A DNA stretch of 64,000 bases, taken from contig NC_058369.1 of assembly GCF_018350175.1 (NCBI RefSeq), forward strand, positions 6,512,001 through 6,576,000, read 5' to 3'. The stretch comes from Felis catus (taxonomy: Eukaryota). Positions 1 to 14,646 of the stretch are shown here, in pieces. The first letter of the stretch is position 1. The number at the start of each line of letters is the position of its first letter. The notes beneath the pieces are model-generated. The model worked only from the letters and a program-made list of their open reading frames with translations, made no database searches and was not told where the DNA came from. The position numbers and the translations under genes are program-made.

Positions 1-97
1 TCCCAAGCAGGCTCCGTGCTGTCCGTGCAGAGCCCGACGTGGGGCTCGAACTCACGAACCGTGAGATCCTTAACCGACTGAGCCACCCAGGCGCCCC
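1..97 (-). mobile_element. CAN-SINE (partial, internal deletion)
   Basis: Ends gagccacccaggcgcccc, reverse complement of the SINE 5' end. Confidence 0.85.
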
Positions 98-116
98 TCC
101 TCTGTGTCATTTCTGA

Positions 117-509
<393 letters not shown>

Positions 510-646
510 TGACCGTGGGATAATAAGAGGATCCCCCTGGAAACGAAAGGAGGTTTCAGTGGCATTATGAATGCCAAGTGGCTGGCACAGGGCATGTCTG
601 ATTAACACATTAGCTCCTGTTACTAGGGTCTCAGTATTTGTTTCTA

Positions 647-852
647 ATGTTTATTTACTTTTGAGAGAGAGAGAGAGACACAGGGTGTGAGCAGAGGAGG
701 GGCAGAGAGAGAGGGAAACACAGAATCCGAAGCAGGTTCCAGGTTCCGAGCTGGCAGCACGGAGCCCGACACGGGGCTCAAACCCATGAACCATGAGATC
801 ATGACCTGAGCTGCAGTCGGATGCTTAACCGACTGAGCCACCCAGGCGCCCC
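647..852 (-). mobile_element. CAN-SINE
   Basis: Full consensus; TSD tcagtatttgtttcta at 631-646 and 853-868. Confidence 0.92.
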
Positions 853-1349
853 TCAGTATTTGTTTCTAGATGGGCTGTGTCCTCCAAGGGAGGATGGGGG
901 AACTCACCTACTTGGTCTCAGATGTGCTCTTAATATGCAGGCAGTAAGTTGCTGCCCCTGGGTGAGCACAGTAAGGTGGGAGGGTGGGGAAGGCTGAGCT
1001 GATCAGGGAAGGCTTCCTGGAGGTGGTGACATCTTGACTGAGACCTGGAAGAATGCACAAGTGGGAACAAAAGAGGAAGGTTATCCTGAGATGCGTGGCA
1101 GGAGCCCAGACACTTGAATGAGTAAACAAACAAATAACTTGGAAGGAGGGGAGATTCTAGACCAGGAGGAGCGGGAGCTTGGGTGGGAGGAGTGAGACAA
1201 GCCTTCTGCTTGGCTGGCTGGATTCTCATACCCCAGGCACGGTGGACTTCGGAGAGTGGGAAGGCTCTGGCCGGGGTCAGGGCGGGGAGAAGCATCCTGA
1301 CCCCAGCTGGGAGGGCTACACGGTGAATCTGATGCTGCCTGGTAGAGTT

Positions 1350-1990
1350 CACAGAGACCCTGCCGGCTTAGGAGCAGGGTTCCCAGCAAGACTGCCCTCA
1401 CTTCCAAAGCCAGATGCAAGTTGGGGGTTCTCCAAGTCCCCCACGCCCCGACCAACCGGCAACAAACTCAGAGCTTCCCATGCCCCCCCCCCCCAGATTC
1501 AATCATCTGCTGGATCAGCTCACAGAACTCAGGCAAGTGCCATCTTAACAGGACGGTTTTCTTATAAAGGCTGTAGGTGAGGACCACGCAAATGAAGAGA
1601 CACATAGGGGAGGGTCCAGGACACTGAGCTGTGTCTCCTCCCCCTGGAATCAGGACGTGTTGCGTCACCCTCCTGGCATGTGGCTGTCTTCACAGCCAGG
1701 AAGCTCCTCTGAGCTAAGGTGCTGAGAGTTGCATTACGCAGGCGGTACCAATCGCATCGTTGGTTGTGTGATAGGAGTCCTTCCCCAGCCCCTCCGTACT
1801 CTGGAGGTCAGGCTGGCTCAAGTCCCAGCCTTCTGATCACATGCTTGGTCTGCTGGTGACCAACCCCCGTCCTGGGTCAGCCCATCTCGTAGCATAAGCT
1901 CAGGTATGTTCCCAGGGGCTCGTCAATAACAAAGACACTTACTGTTACCCAGGTCAGCTCAAGGATTTGGGGTCTCTCTCTTAAGAACCA
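1350..1990. mobile_element. MER21-like LTR remnant
   Basis: Recalled motifs gctcacagaactcagg, tcaccctcctggca, caggaagctc. Confidence 0.55.
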
Positions 1991-2098
1991 GGGATGCCAT
2001 GAATAAAATTCCAAGGAAAATATCAAAGTGGGAAAAATATTGGTAACATCATTGACAAAGAGTTACTATCAAATGAATATCCATATAGTATATGAGTA

Positions 2099-2100
<2 letters not shown>

Positions 2101-2138
<38 letters not shown>
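2101..2138. repeat. (AC)19 microsatellite
   Basis: Direct read. Confidence 0.95.
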
Positions 2139-2140
<2 letters not shown>

Positions 2141-2299
2141 ATATGCAAAGAACATAAATAGCCAATTTAAAAAGAAATAGAAAAGATAGAAGATATAAGG
2201 AAAAAAGTCCAACCTCAAAACCACACCCCCCCCCAAGAGCAAATTAAAACAAAACGTAATTTTTAACTTATCAAATTGGTAAGGCTTTTTGTTTTTGGG

Positions 2300-2500
2300 T
2301 TGTTAAAAATATAAATATATATTTTTAAATGTAAACATTATAAATATATAAATATAAATATGTAAATATATTTAATATGAATATATATATTTTAATCTCA
2401 ATTTTAGTTAACATGCAGTGCGATATTGGTTTCAGGGGTAGAATTCAGTGATTCATCATTTCCATACAACACCCAGTGCTCAGCACAACAAGTACCCTCC
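2300..2500 (-). mobile_element. Short 5'-truncated carnivore L1 3' end with AT-rich tail
   Basis: 2395-2500 is the reverse complement of the L1 terminus seen at 32940-33050. Confidence 0.7.
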
Positions 2501-2759
2501 TCTGTTTTTTAATTATAGTGCTTAGCGTTGTCTGAGAGCAGACACATAGATGTTCTTTATTAATATGTATCAAATATTTTGTTAAAGTTCTATCGGAGCC
2601 AACAGTTCTGGTTCTAGAAATTTATCCTGAGGAAATTATCAGGGATGTCCAAAAAAGATACATGTTCAAGGAAAGGTAGCCCAGCATTACTAGAGATAGC
2701 AAAAAGTCTGGAGAGTTACACGACTAACACAGTAGATTACTTAAAAAGGATTATTTTCT

Positions 2760-2809
2760 TCCTCCTTTCCTCCTAACTTCCTTTTCTCTTCCTTTCTCTC
2801 TTCTTTTCT

Positions 2810-2865
<56 letters not shown>

Positions 2866-3066
2866 AGTTTACTTATTTTGAGAGAGAGAGAGATAGAGAA
2901 TGCACAAGTGGGGGAGGGGCAGAGAGAAGGAAAGACAGAATCCCAAGCAGGCTCTGCCCTGTCAGCCCAGAGCCCGACACAGGGCTCGAACTCACGAACC
3001 CTAAGATCATGGCCTGAGCTGAGATCAGGAGGTGGACACTTAACTGACTGAGCCGCTCAGGCACCC
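2760..3066 (-). mobile_element. CAN-SINE with (TTTC)n tail expansion
   Basis: SINE body 2866-3066; TTTC array ~2810-2865. Confidence 0.88.
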
Positions 3067-4481
3067 TGAGTGATTTTTTTATTTTATAACAAGCAAGCAA
3101 GGTGCAGATTTTAAGGAGGCGCTCACCCCCAGGGGCTGACCTTCCCCTTCTGTGACTCAGAGCAAGAGTTCTTAAATTTCCATTTCTTCACCCTGGTTCC
3201 CGTGGCCCCTGGAATCGGAGTGTGAGCCCGACCGTGGTGTCCAAGAAGCAGAGGTGGGGTTGGCGGGGTGCAGCCTGCCTCTCCCATTATGTCCTGAGAC
3301 ACTGTGAGTCCTGGCCACTTGGTGGCCTCCAGCTCCCCTGTTCCTAAGGAAAAAGGGACAGGGAGGAGGGACATGCAGACCTCCACCTGCATGTGACCAG
3401 TAGGTGTCCATCTCTCATGGCCCGTTCGGCCACCAGCTATTCATGGAGACTTTCTGTGGCCAGGAACTGTGGGAGGGGGGATGAGGCAGTTCGCTGCCAA
3501 TTCAGGGAGGGGTACAGGAGGACAGGATGCCTCAGGGCAGCGCTGGCCACCGAAGGCAGCGTGGAGTAGTGGTCAAGAACTCACTCAGATCGCCCGGGTT
3601 GAAATCCCTGCTCCGCCGTGGATCGGCTCTGGGATTTGGGGCAAGACCCGCCTCCAGTCTCTGAGCCTCTTTTCCCGATCTGTTAACTGGCCTCAGTCAC
3701 GGCACCTCCCACTTTGGCTTATGTGACAATTAAATAAAAACACTGGTGCAAAGCTCTTCAAATAGCGCCTGGTACTTTTAGTAAGCGTTCGATAAACCGC
3801 TGTGGATGTTGAAGAGCTCAGGGACCGGGTTCCCTCCCTGATTCCTTAGAACCCATTTTCCTCCTCGGCTCTCGGGAGAGTCTGAATACGTGGGCGTGTT
3901 TATAATTGCAGACAACTGGGCCTCACGTGCAAATTTAACAGAACGTTTCTTCGGTGGATTTAAAAGGATATTTTGGGGAAGACCCCCTAACACACACAGG
4001 GCACTTCCTGGTGAAATCTTCATCTGCCGGAGGTGCTGTTGGGATTAAAATAGGCTATTTAATTTGTGGGGCAAATTAAAATTTCATTTCTGTCAAATGA
4101 AAACGCAAGACCGTTCGCTTACAAATTATTAAGACTTTCAAGATGGCGACAGCAGAGTGTTAAGGAGCAGGGCCCTTCCAAGTATGGGGACTGGGGTGAT
4201 GGCCAGGCTTGCATGCCTGTGAAGCTGGCCCTGGGCTGGGGGGGAGGGAGAAGGCAGTGGGTAGTGGTCTGGAGGTCAGGGCCTCTGAGCCCACTGCCCA
4301 GCCCCGTGGAGCCAACTGGTGATTCAAGATGACTGGAAAAGAACGGCCCAGGAGACCGGCAGAGAGGCTCGGGGACAAGAGAGGGGGGCAGGTGTGTGTG
4401 GCCCGCCATTACAGGCATAGGTGTGATTTGTGATGTGAATACATTTTGGTGCGAAACATATGTTTTCTTACTCTATTTCAG

Positions 4482-4584
4482 TAGATGTCCCATCGAACAT
4501 TGCAAAAATTATCATCGGGCCTCTCATCTTTGTCTTTCTCTTCAGTGTTGTGATTGGAAGTATTTATCTATTCCTGAGAAAGAG
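4482..4584 (+). CDS. INSR: INSR exon 15 (transmembrane helix)
   Basis: tttcag|TAG...AGAG|gtgggt; 103 bp; [34 protein letters not shown]. Confidence 0.97.
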
Positions 4585-4920
4585 GTGGGTACAATGGTGT
4601 GCTGGTAAATGGTTAAAAACTGGCTCTCCAGAAAAGAAAGTATGCCTAGATACAGAGAGAGCTATATCTAAGTTTATTATAAGTTTTACTGTCATAGGGA
4701 TGTGCATAGCAGGCAATTTACAGGTAGTGATCATAACACAATATACATTGCTTGTTACCGTAAATTGCCTCTAGCTGGTTGATTCTCACCGAATGTTTTG
4801 GTTGATTTTTTTCCCCCTGAACCTTTGTATCTATAGCCAACCTATGGTTGCAAGTGATGAATGAGTATAGTTCCAACCTGGATGTTGGTTGATATTTTGT
4901 TTTCATTAAAGAGTAAGGTA

Positions 4921-5369
4921 GGGGCGCCTGGGTGGCTCAGTCGGTTAAGCGGCCGATTTCGGCTCAGGTCATGATCTCGCGGTCCGTGAGTTCGAGCCCC
5001 GCATCGGGCTCTGTGCTGACAGCTCAGAGCCTGGAGCCTGTTTCGGATTCTGTGTCTCCCTCTCTCTGACCCTCCCCCGTTCATGCTCTGTCTCTGTCTC
5101 AAAAACAAATAAACGTTAAAAAAAAAAAATTAAAGGGGCGCCTGGGTGGCGCAGTCGGTTAAGCATCCGACTTCAGCCAGGTCACGATCTCGCGGTCCGT
5201 GAGTTCGAGCCCCGCGTCAGGCTCTGGGCTGATGGCTCAGAGCCTGGAGCCTGTTTCCAATTCTGTGTCTCCCTCTCTCTCTGCCCCTCCCCCGTTCGTG
5301 CTCTGTCTCTCTCTGTCCCAAAAATAAATAAATGTTGAAAAAAAAAATTAAAAAAAAAAATTAAAAAAA
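4921..5369 (+). mobile_element. Two tandem CAN-SINEs, the second (young SINEC_Fc type) in the A tail of the first
   Basis: GGGGCGCCTGGGTGG heads at 4921 and 5135; outer TSD aaagagtaaggta. Confidence 0.92.
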
Positions 5370-5515
5370 AAAGAGTAAGGTAAAAATGAAATAAGGTGTA
5401 TGGGTTCAATGAACAAGTGACTTCAGTCAATCAGGTAATAATTCATAAATACAGAGGAACATTTTCTTAAGTTTTTTTTTTCTGTTTGCAATATCATGAC
5501 TGTGGAGATGACAGA

Positions 5516-5739
5516 CTTTTTTTTTTTTAATTTTTAAATGTTCATTTATTTTTGAGAGAGGCAGAGAGTGAGCTGGGGAGGGGCAGAGAGAGAGAGAGGG
5601 AGACACAGAATCCGAAGCAGTCTCCTGGCTCTGAGCTGTCAGCACAGAGCCTGACACGGGGCTTGAACTCACGAACCGAGAGAGGTCACGACCTGAGCTG
5701 AAGTCGGATGCTCAACCGACTGAGCCACCCAGGCGCCCC
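5516..5739 (-). mobile_element. CAN-SINE
   Basis: Antisense consensus with T tail. Confidence 0.9.
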
Positions 5740-6295
5740 AGCGCTGACAGACTTTGAAGCTTAATCTGCATTGGTAACATTTTTGCCATCACTTTCTTAA
5801 GCCTGCACAAACAACAGAACAATAGATCAAGTCTTGGTTGGTATCATTCCTGTTTCTATCACGTAAATATTCTTACCGTGGCCAATTTCAAGCTGCAGAC
5901 GGTCACGGATGATAGTAAGATAATGAGGAAATGGTGAGTTTGCTTTTGATATCGTTTTATTTCATTGTAAACCTGTGCCCTGTAACTTTAAATGATGGCT
6001 GTATTAACAACCTGCTCTCAAATTTCCTGAAAATGTAACACTTGTTTCTCGTGAACTGGGATGAGAACAGCAAGGGGTGAGTGGCTCTTGGGTGTCCCGT
6101 GGACACCCATGAGTTACAGCTGATGGTTCCATGTTGATGCGCTTCCGTTCATAACCCCAGACTGCATCCAGGATTATTACACGGATGCTGCTGGTAAGGG
6201 TTGCCGTTTGCACTGGGGAGCTCGTAACCCCCTTGCGAGTGACCCAGGGCCTCGTGAGAATACCAAGCCGGAATGTCTTCCTTTTTCCCTTCCAG

Positions 6296-6363
6296 GCAGC
6301 CGGATGGGCCGCTGGGGCCGCTGTATGCTTCTTCAAACCCTGAGTACCTCAGTGCCAGTGATG
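6296..6363 (+). CDS. INSR: INSR exon 16 (juxtamembrane NPEY motif)
   Basis: ttccag|GCAG...GATG|gtgagt; 68 bp; [22 protein letters not shown]. Confidence 0.97.
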
Positions 6364-8281
6364 GTGAGTACTATCCCCTGACCTCTGGGTGGCCGGAATC
6401 CTGCCTTGCAGTGCCCTTTCCCATTACTGTCCGGTGGAAGTCGGGGGTTGATACCCTGGGAGGCTGAGACGAGCCCTCTCGCTCACTGGAGACCTGTCCC
6501 TGGCTGCGGAGACCCCGTTGCTGGGAGCAGCTGGACACCTGCTGGCTGGCGCCTGTTGGATGGGCTGATCTAGCGGGACTGGGAGGCTGAGAATCTGGTG
6601 TCCCAGCTGTGGGGTTGTGGCCGCTGCGGCCTGTGCCCGAGACCGCGCCGAGGGTCAGAGCCAGAGAGCCATGTATGGACTTGCCGTCCAAACTGGCAGG
6701 TGGGAGTCGGAAGCCAGAGTGAGACACTGGGGGTCAGGGGGTGGGGAAGACAAGAATGAAGGATAAAATGGGGTGAACAGGAGGCTGTATGTGTGGCAGG
6801 GACACATCCGCCGTTGGTGGCACCTGAACACAGATGTGATGCTAATGCTGTCACGTAGGACCGACACCTGTGTTTCCCATGATTGTACCAAAGGGCATCG
6901 GGCAGCCCTTAGAGATGAGGCTTGCTTGTTCCATCAGAGGGGAAAGCATCTGCCGCAGGACAAGTTTCCAAAGTGCTTCATGCAGCAAAAAGCAGAAAAA
7001 GTGACTTTCAAGGCATGAGCGCTGTCGATGACCCCAAGGATACTGCCTTGGGATACAGGGGTGATGCTTTTAAGGATCCCCAGGATTTGTTTTAATCAGG
7101 TCTGATAAGACATGCACAGAGGCGGGGGGGCAGCACCGCACAGGGGAGCCCTGGGGTCGGGCAGGAGGCAGAGGGAGCATGGAAGGAACACGGACAAGAA
7201 CCGTCATTGTGGTTTCTTGGGGAGGCGTGGCAAGGCGGGGGAAGACTGAGGATTGGCTGGTTTGAACGATTTCCGTGGGTTCTGGGGTGTAGGGCCTGGC
7301 CCTGGGTGATCAGGGGAAGGGGATAGAGCCCGGAGGGTGCGGGCCCCACAGAGGGAGGGGTTATGGTTTGGGCTCTGGATTGGTTGTTTTGCATACAGAA
7401 GGTATACTCGCTGGCAGGTCACTTACTGTCTCTAGGAACTGGCCGCCCTGCGGAGGGGCAGCCCCTTTAGGGCCATCGAGGGCCTAGATGCCAAAGCATC
7501 ACGACAGAGAAACTAGTGGTCATTCCGGGTGGAACTGTGTGGCGGGAACGGGAGCGGGAGGGAACGAACGCGGGTGACGGCATTGTTACCGCACACCGGA
7601 GGTGGGGAAGCTGAACCTCGGGGCTGCCTCTCCACCCTACCGCCCTGCTTCCCTCCAGGAATGAAGTAATGGGTGTATTCAGCCTGTAACGGGTGCAGAG
7701 GACGCAGGAACCATTTCGGCTTTTCTTATGAGGTCTTTGTGCATTCATCTGCAAATCGTTGGCTGTGTAACAAACCACCCCAGCTTTAGTGACTTAAGAC
7801 GACCCCCCTTTATTAGCACACAGTTTGGTGGGTCCGCCACCTGTGATCTGATCAGCTGGGCAAATCCTTTGATCTCATCGGGCTCATTCACACGGCTGCA
7901 GCCTGCCTGGGGATCAGCTGGTGCTGAGTGGTCCTGGGTGGTTGGCAGGCGGAGTTGTCCCCATCCCCTTGGCCCTTTGCAGAGACCACAGCCTCCGACC
8001 CAGGAGACTCTGAGATCAGACAGAAAGGATGTGGAGGCAGGCTCGGTGCGGCACTTACCGGCCAGGACCCTGGGCCGACAGTGGCTCCTTCCCAAGCCTC
8101 TGCTGTCCCCCACTGTGAGGGCAGGGACCCACACCTGTCCTGTTCTCGGCTCTACGCCCGGTGCCTGGCACAGGTTCTGGACCACAGAAATCACTTAACG
8201 AACGTTTGCCAGGGGTGCTCAGGTGGGAGGTTGGCCGGGGGGCCCCCAGGGGTCTGTCAAGGATGCTGTGTAGATAAGTGA

Positions 8282-8818
<537 letters not shown>

Positions 8819-9455
8819 TAAACACATGAGTGTTCACCCCATCCCTGCCTACCCTTTCCCACTTACCTTCTCCTGGAGCCTAGTGCTAAGGGGATCGGCT
8901 GTGTGCTAAGCCTCATTTCTCGTCTCTTTGATGCATCGGATTCCTGCCCTGATGGAGCTTCCTGTACAGCCGTGGAGGCAGACCCTAAAACCGATAAGCT
9001 CCTTAGGGAAGACATTGGGGGCTGATGCTATGGCAGAATGGAACAAGAGAGCAGAGTCAGGGGACTGGGAATTCAGGACTGGGAAAAGGTGTATTTGCGC
9101 CAAGACTTAAGGATGGAGGGACTGAGCCATGTGGACCTGTTAGGGCACAGAGAGCCAGGCAGAGGGAACAGCAGGTGCAAAGGCTTCGGGGTGGGAACGT
9201 GCCTTATGTGCTCAGAGACACCAAGGAGATATCCAAGTGTCTGTCTCGGCTGTTGCTGTCTGTAGGCATGTCTGTCTGCTCCCCCACCCACCAGACCCTG
9301 AGTCCCGAATTCTCCCTCCTTCCCAGCAAGGCATTGACCCTGGCATTTGAGCCAGACAGACCAGGGCTCACCACACAGGGTGCCGTGTGCCACCTTGATG
9401 AGTGGACACCTTCCCCCAGACCCTCACCCTACTGCGTGCTGCACTTCCTCCACAG

Positions 9456-9566
9456 GTCCGCCTCCTGGGGGTGGTGTCCAAAGGCCAGCCGACGCTGGTG
9501 GTGATGGAGCTGATGGTTCACGGAGACCTGAAGAGCTACCTCCGCTCCCTGCGGCCGGAGGCTGAG
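9456..9566 (+). CDS. INSR: INSR exon 18 (kinase hinge)
   Basis: ccacag|GTC...GAG|gtgagc; 111 bp; [37 protein letters not shown]. Confidence 0.97.
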
Positions 9567-9570
9567 GTGA

Positions 9571-9837
<267 letters not shown>

Positions 9838-10089
9838 TGAGACATGGGGCCCAGGCCCAGCTTGATTTTTGGAAGGAGTTGTCTAGACCGAGCAGTTCAG
9901 TCTTTTCCAATAGCGCAAAGAGGGCTTGAACCTCAGACTGTGGTGGAACCGCATTTGCTCGTGAACTCGCTCATTTACGGCTCTGGATAATATTCGTGTT
10001 CCCTGTTGGCGGAAGCCACCGCACTAGGAGCCGAGAGGTGTGATGGTGGATAAGTCACCACGGGTTTTCTGCCCTCGGCATGCAGTCTT

Positions 10090-10290
10090 TACCCGCGCCA
10101 GTAGCCGCCAGCCACCTGTGGCCATCTACGTTTAAATTACATGGCGTAGAATTAAAAATGTATTCCTGTGGCTGCCGCTGGCCACATTTCAGGTGATCAG
10201 TAGCCCCCTTGAGCCTGGTGGCTGCGAGTATTGGGCAGTGTGAACATAGACCGTGTTCATCACCACAGAGAGTCCTACTGGATGGGGCAA
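10090..10290. mobile_element. MER3/MER33-like hAT DNA transposon remnant
   Basis: agccacctgtggc...gccacatttcaggtg...tagcc...gtggctg pattern. Confidence 0.55.
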
Positions 10291-11187
10291 TTCAAGCTGA
10301 ACCGTAAGAGAATGCTTACATAAACAAGATAATGAAGCCTAAAAAAATAAAGAGCTCCATGATAGCGAGGAGAGGCCTCTCTGTGTAGGGAGGCAGCGTT
10401 TCAGCCAAAACTTGCAGGATGAATTGACCTGAGTGACAGCACGCCAGGGGGAGTTATGGCAAATGTGAGGCCAGGAGGCCGGAAGGATGGCTGATGTGAT
10501 AGGAATGAAAGGAATGTAGAGGGGAGTAGAGCAGTGTGAGATGTGAGGCGAGGGAGAGAGGCAGGAGCCAGACCTGGGGAGGGAGGCCAGAAGGCAAGAA
10601 GTAACACGAGTCTACTTACGATCCCCAAAGACGTTATCTTATATCAGCAAGGGAAGCCGGAAGTGATGTCATCCTGCTTATAGTCCCGAAAGACCTCGTC
10701 CCCCATTAGCCACGGAAAGCAAGGAACAGCACGATCCTCCTTATGTAGCTTTTCTTGGGCAGTGAGCTGCCAGGGTCCAGATGGAGGGAAGGTCCTGCAG
10801 GGGAGAGGTGGCCGTGGGCCTGGGTGGGGCCGGAGTGATGGAGAAGAATAGCTTGACTAGAGGGGAATGTGGGAGGAGAGTGGGCAGGACTTAGATGTGT
10901 CTTCGATGTGGGTGTAAGGAAAGGGGGTGGGTCAAAAGAGGACCCGACCCTGGGTTTTGAGCTGGGCACTGGGTAGCGGTGGAGCCACATCTAGTGGAGA
11001 ATAGAAGGTTGGCTGCAGAGACTCAAAGCTTTGGTTTGGGAAGCCTGCAAGGTCGTGGGTGGGAAGGAAGTGTTGCTAGAAACAGGATTCCCAGGCTGCG
11101 GGCCGGAACATTGCCTCCTTACCACTTGGTGCTTCCGTTTCCTTCCCTTTACGTGGCGGCCCGTCCTTTCCCTCCACATCCCCATAA

Positions 11188-11484
<297 letters not shown>

Positions 11485-11704
11485 TGAGTCGTGCACGGAT
11501 CGGCAGACAGAACGCTGGGCCCGAATCCCGGGTCGTTCCCTGTGTGTGACCAGCAAGCGGGGGCCAGTTAAAGCCTGCCTTCCTTGTAGCCTTGTAATCA
11601 AGAAAACGAAGGGGATGTCATGTCTGAGGACGCTTGCACAGCTACCTGTGTTCTGACTGAGACTAATGTAGACGTTTCTGGATGCAGCATGAATTGTTGA
11701 ATGA

Positions 11705-11950
<246 letters not shown>

Positions 11951-12585
11951 TAAGTGTGCCGGGTCCGGGCTCTTCCTTAAAAAGGCATTAGTGCCCTTTG
12001 GTTCGCTGTCATATGTCTACACAGGTGGTTGTGTTTGCACACTGTGTCTGGGCACGGGCACTTTTTTGCACGTTGTATCTACATATGTGCTCGTGTTTGC
12101 ATGTCACACCTTCACAGGTATGCTTTCTTGCGTATCATGTGTGTGGAAGGTTCTACAAGAAACCCCATCTCAGTGGTTACCACGGGAGAAGGAAACTGGG
12201 TGGCTGGGGTGGCGTATTTATGTTTAACTGTCTATATACTTACTGGGTTGTCAGGAGATGAATACAATATTGCATGTCAATTACACCTCAATAGAATGGG
12301 GAAAAAAACAAATCCTAAGTATAAACATTAAAATTATTTTGGGGTCCAGGGATATGTGTTATGTATCTCCCCAATACTCCCCAGTTTTTGTTTTACATTT
12401 TTTTGCTGAAAAGAAACAGCAAATGTTTGTTAGGGGACCAAATGGACAACACACATGCACAAGCCATTTAAACACTTGCAAACTTGTCCTTCCTCACTTA
12501 GAGTCCAAGAAACATAAAGTAAAATGAAATACCGTCTTCCTAAGTTAGCAAAAAAAAGGAAGGAAGAAAGGAGGAAAGAAAGAGG

Positions 12586-12783
12586 TTTTTTTTTTTTTTA
12601 AGTTAATTTATTTGAGAGAGAGAACCAGTGGGGGGAGGGCAGAGAGAGAAGGGGACAGAGGATCCGAAGCAGGCTCTATGCTGACAGCAGAGAGCCTGAT
12701 TTGGGGCTCAAACTCACAAACTGCAAGATCACGGCCCGAGCCAAAGTCGGACGCTTAACCGACTGAGGCACCCGGGCGCCCCC
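12586..12783 (-). mobile_element. CAN-SINE in INSR intron 21
   Basis: Antisense consensus. Confidence 0.85.
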
Positions 12784-13493
12784 AAGAAAAGAGAGTTTTA
12801 ATACTCAGTGCTGACAACAGTTTGGTGATAATCATTCTTACCCCCCTGTTGTTAACAGCTACTCAAAGCAATGTTTTTTAAAGTCTCAAAAAAAAATTGA
12901 CATGATCTAAATACCCAACAATATGAGAATTGCCAAGCAAATTTATAAATTAAGATGATGTAGCCATTGAAATCTCAAATGAAATTTGCAAAATACTATT
13001 TTTCCAAAATAAAATACGTTGAAAACATTTCAACGTATTTTATGAAAATATTTTATAACTTGGTGAATAAGCCTACGTTAAATATCAAGGGTAAAAAGTA
13101 TGTATTACGCTTCCAAATGTCTTCAGATAGAAAAATGAGGTTAGATCTGAAGGGAAGTTGTATGCAAGCTGTATTTTCTCTATGTTTTGGTGTTTTATTT
13201 CTACGATGAACATTTATTAAATATAAAGTCCTTTATTAGTGTTTCTTTGGAAAAAGTTTTCCCTCCTGAAGGGGGAAAGGCTATTTTGACACTTCATCCC
13301 CCGAAGAAAATGACGTTAATTTAGAAAACCCAGTTGCAAGGGACCTCACAGGAAAAAGAGTACAAAGCAGAGTTGTTCAGAAACTCTGAGCAAAGTATTT
13401 CGAGACGTGGCTTCATGAAAGTCCTTCACTAAGTCATGCCAGTAAGCAGCTGGCTGTAGTTCCAGGACCAGGGAAATCGAGTAGGCCCTAGGG

Positions 13494-13715
13494 TAGAGGT
13501 CCACAGACTCTCTACAAAGGGCCATATTGTAAATATTTTCAGCTTTGTGGGCTGTGTGGCCCTCTGTTGCAGCTACTCAACTCTGCGTATAGACTGAAGG
13601 CAGCCATCAACAGTGCGTAAATGAACAGGTGTGGCTGTGTGCCAATAAAACTTTATTTACAAAAACACTTCAGGGGGCCACATTTAGTCCGCGGGTGGAA
13701 ATTTGCCAACCCCTG
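13494..13715. mobile_element. MER58A-like hAT DNA transposon
   Basis: aaagggcc...gtaaatatttt...ccaataaaactttatttacaaaaac...tttgccaacccctg. Confidence 0.75.
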
Positions 13716-14271
13716 CCTTAGAAATTACAGCGGGGCGAGGAAGAGGTAAAATGGAAATCCCAGGCCCTCGGCACCTGCCCTGTGTGCTCTTGGCTGAGTC
13801 AGGTTGTAACCCCCCCTGCTACCGCCCTGGAGCGCGTGAGTGCTGGGCCTGCGGGATGGCTGCTTACGGCTGGTCCTCCTGATGCCCCATCAGGCCTCAA
13901 GCATCTAGATCCTGAGGGATCTCTGGCCCTAGAAAGATTGCCTACTGGCACAGGGAAGCCTTTCAAGCAGCCCCAGTAGAAATTAAAGTTTACAAAAACC
14001 AGGAATGTATAAAATTTATAAACCTTGTTCAACGTGTGGCTGTGTCAGAAGGGGCCCTTCTTGATCTGCCCTGGGAATGAGGCAGCCCCTTTGGCTGTCT
14101 TTCCAAAACCATTTATTTTTTGGCATCGGTAGAAATGCTGTTTCTGTCTTGACTGTTGCCTGCGCTAGTGGCCACCGTCTGGTTCTGGTACTTGTCATCT
14201 GTGGGGGCGGCCCGCTGGGACAAGGGTGGGAGTGGGGATTGCATGGCTGGATCCCCCGGACTCCTTCCTGA

Positions 14272-14646
<375 letters not shown>

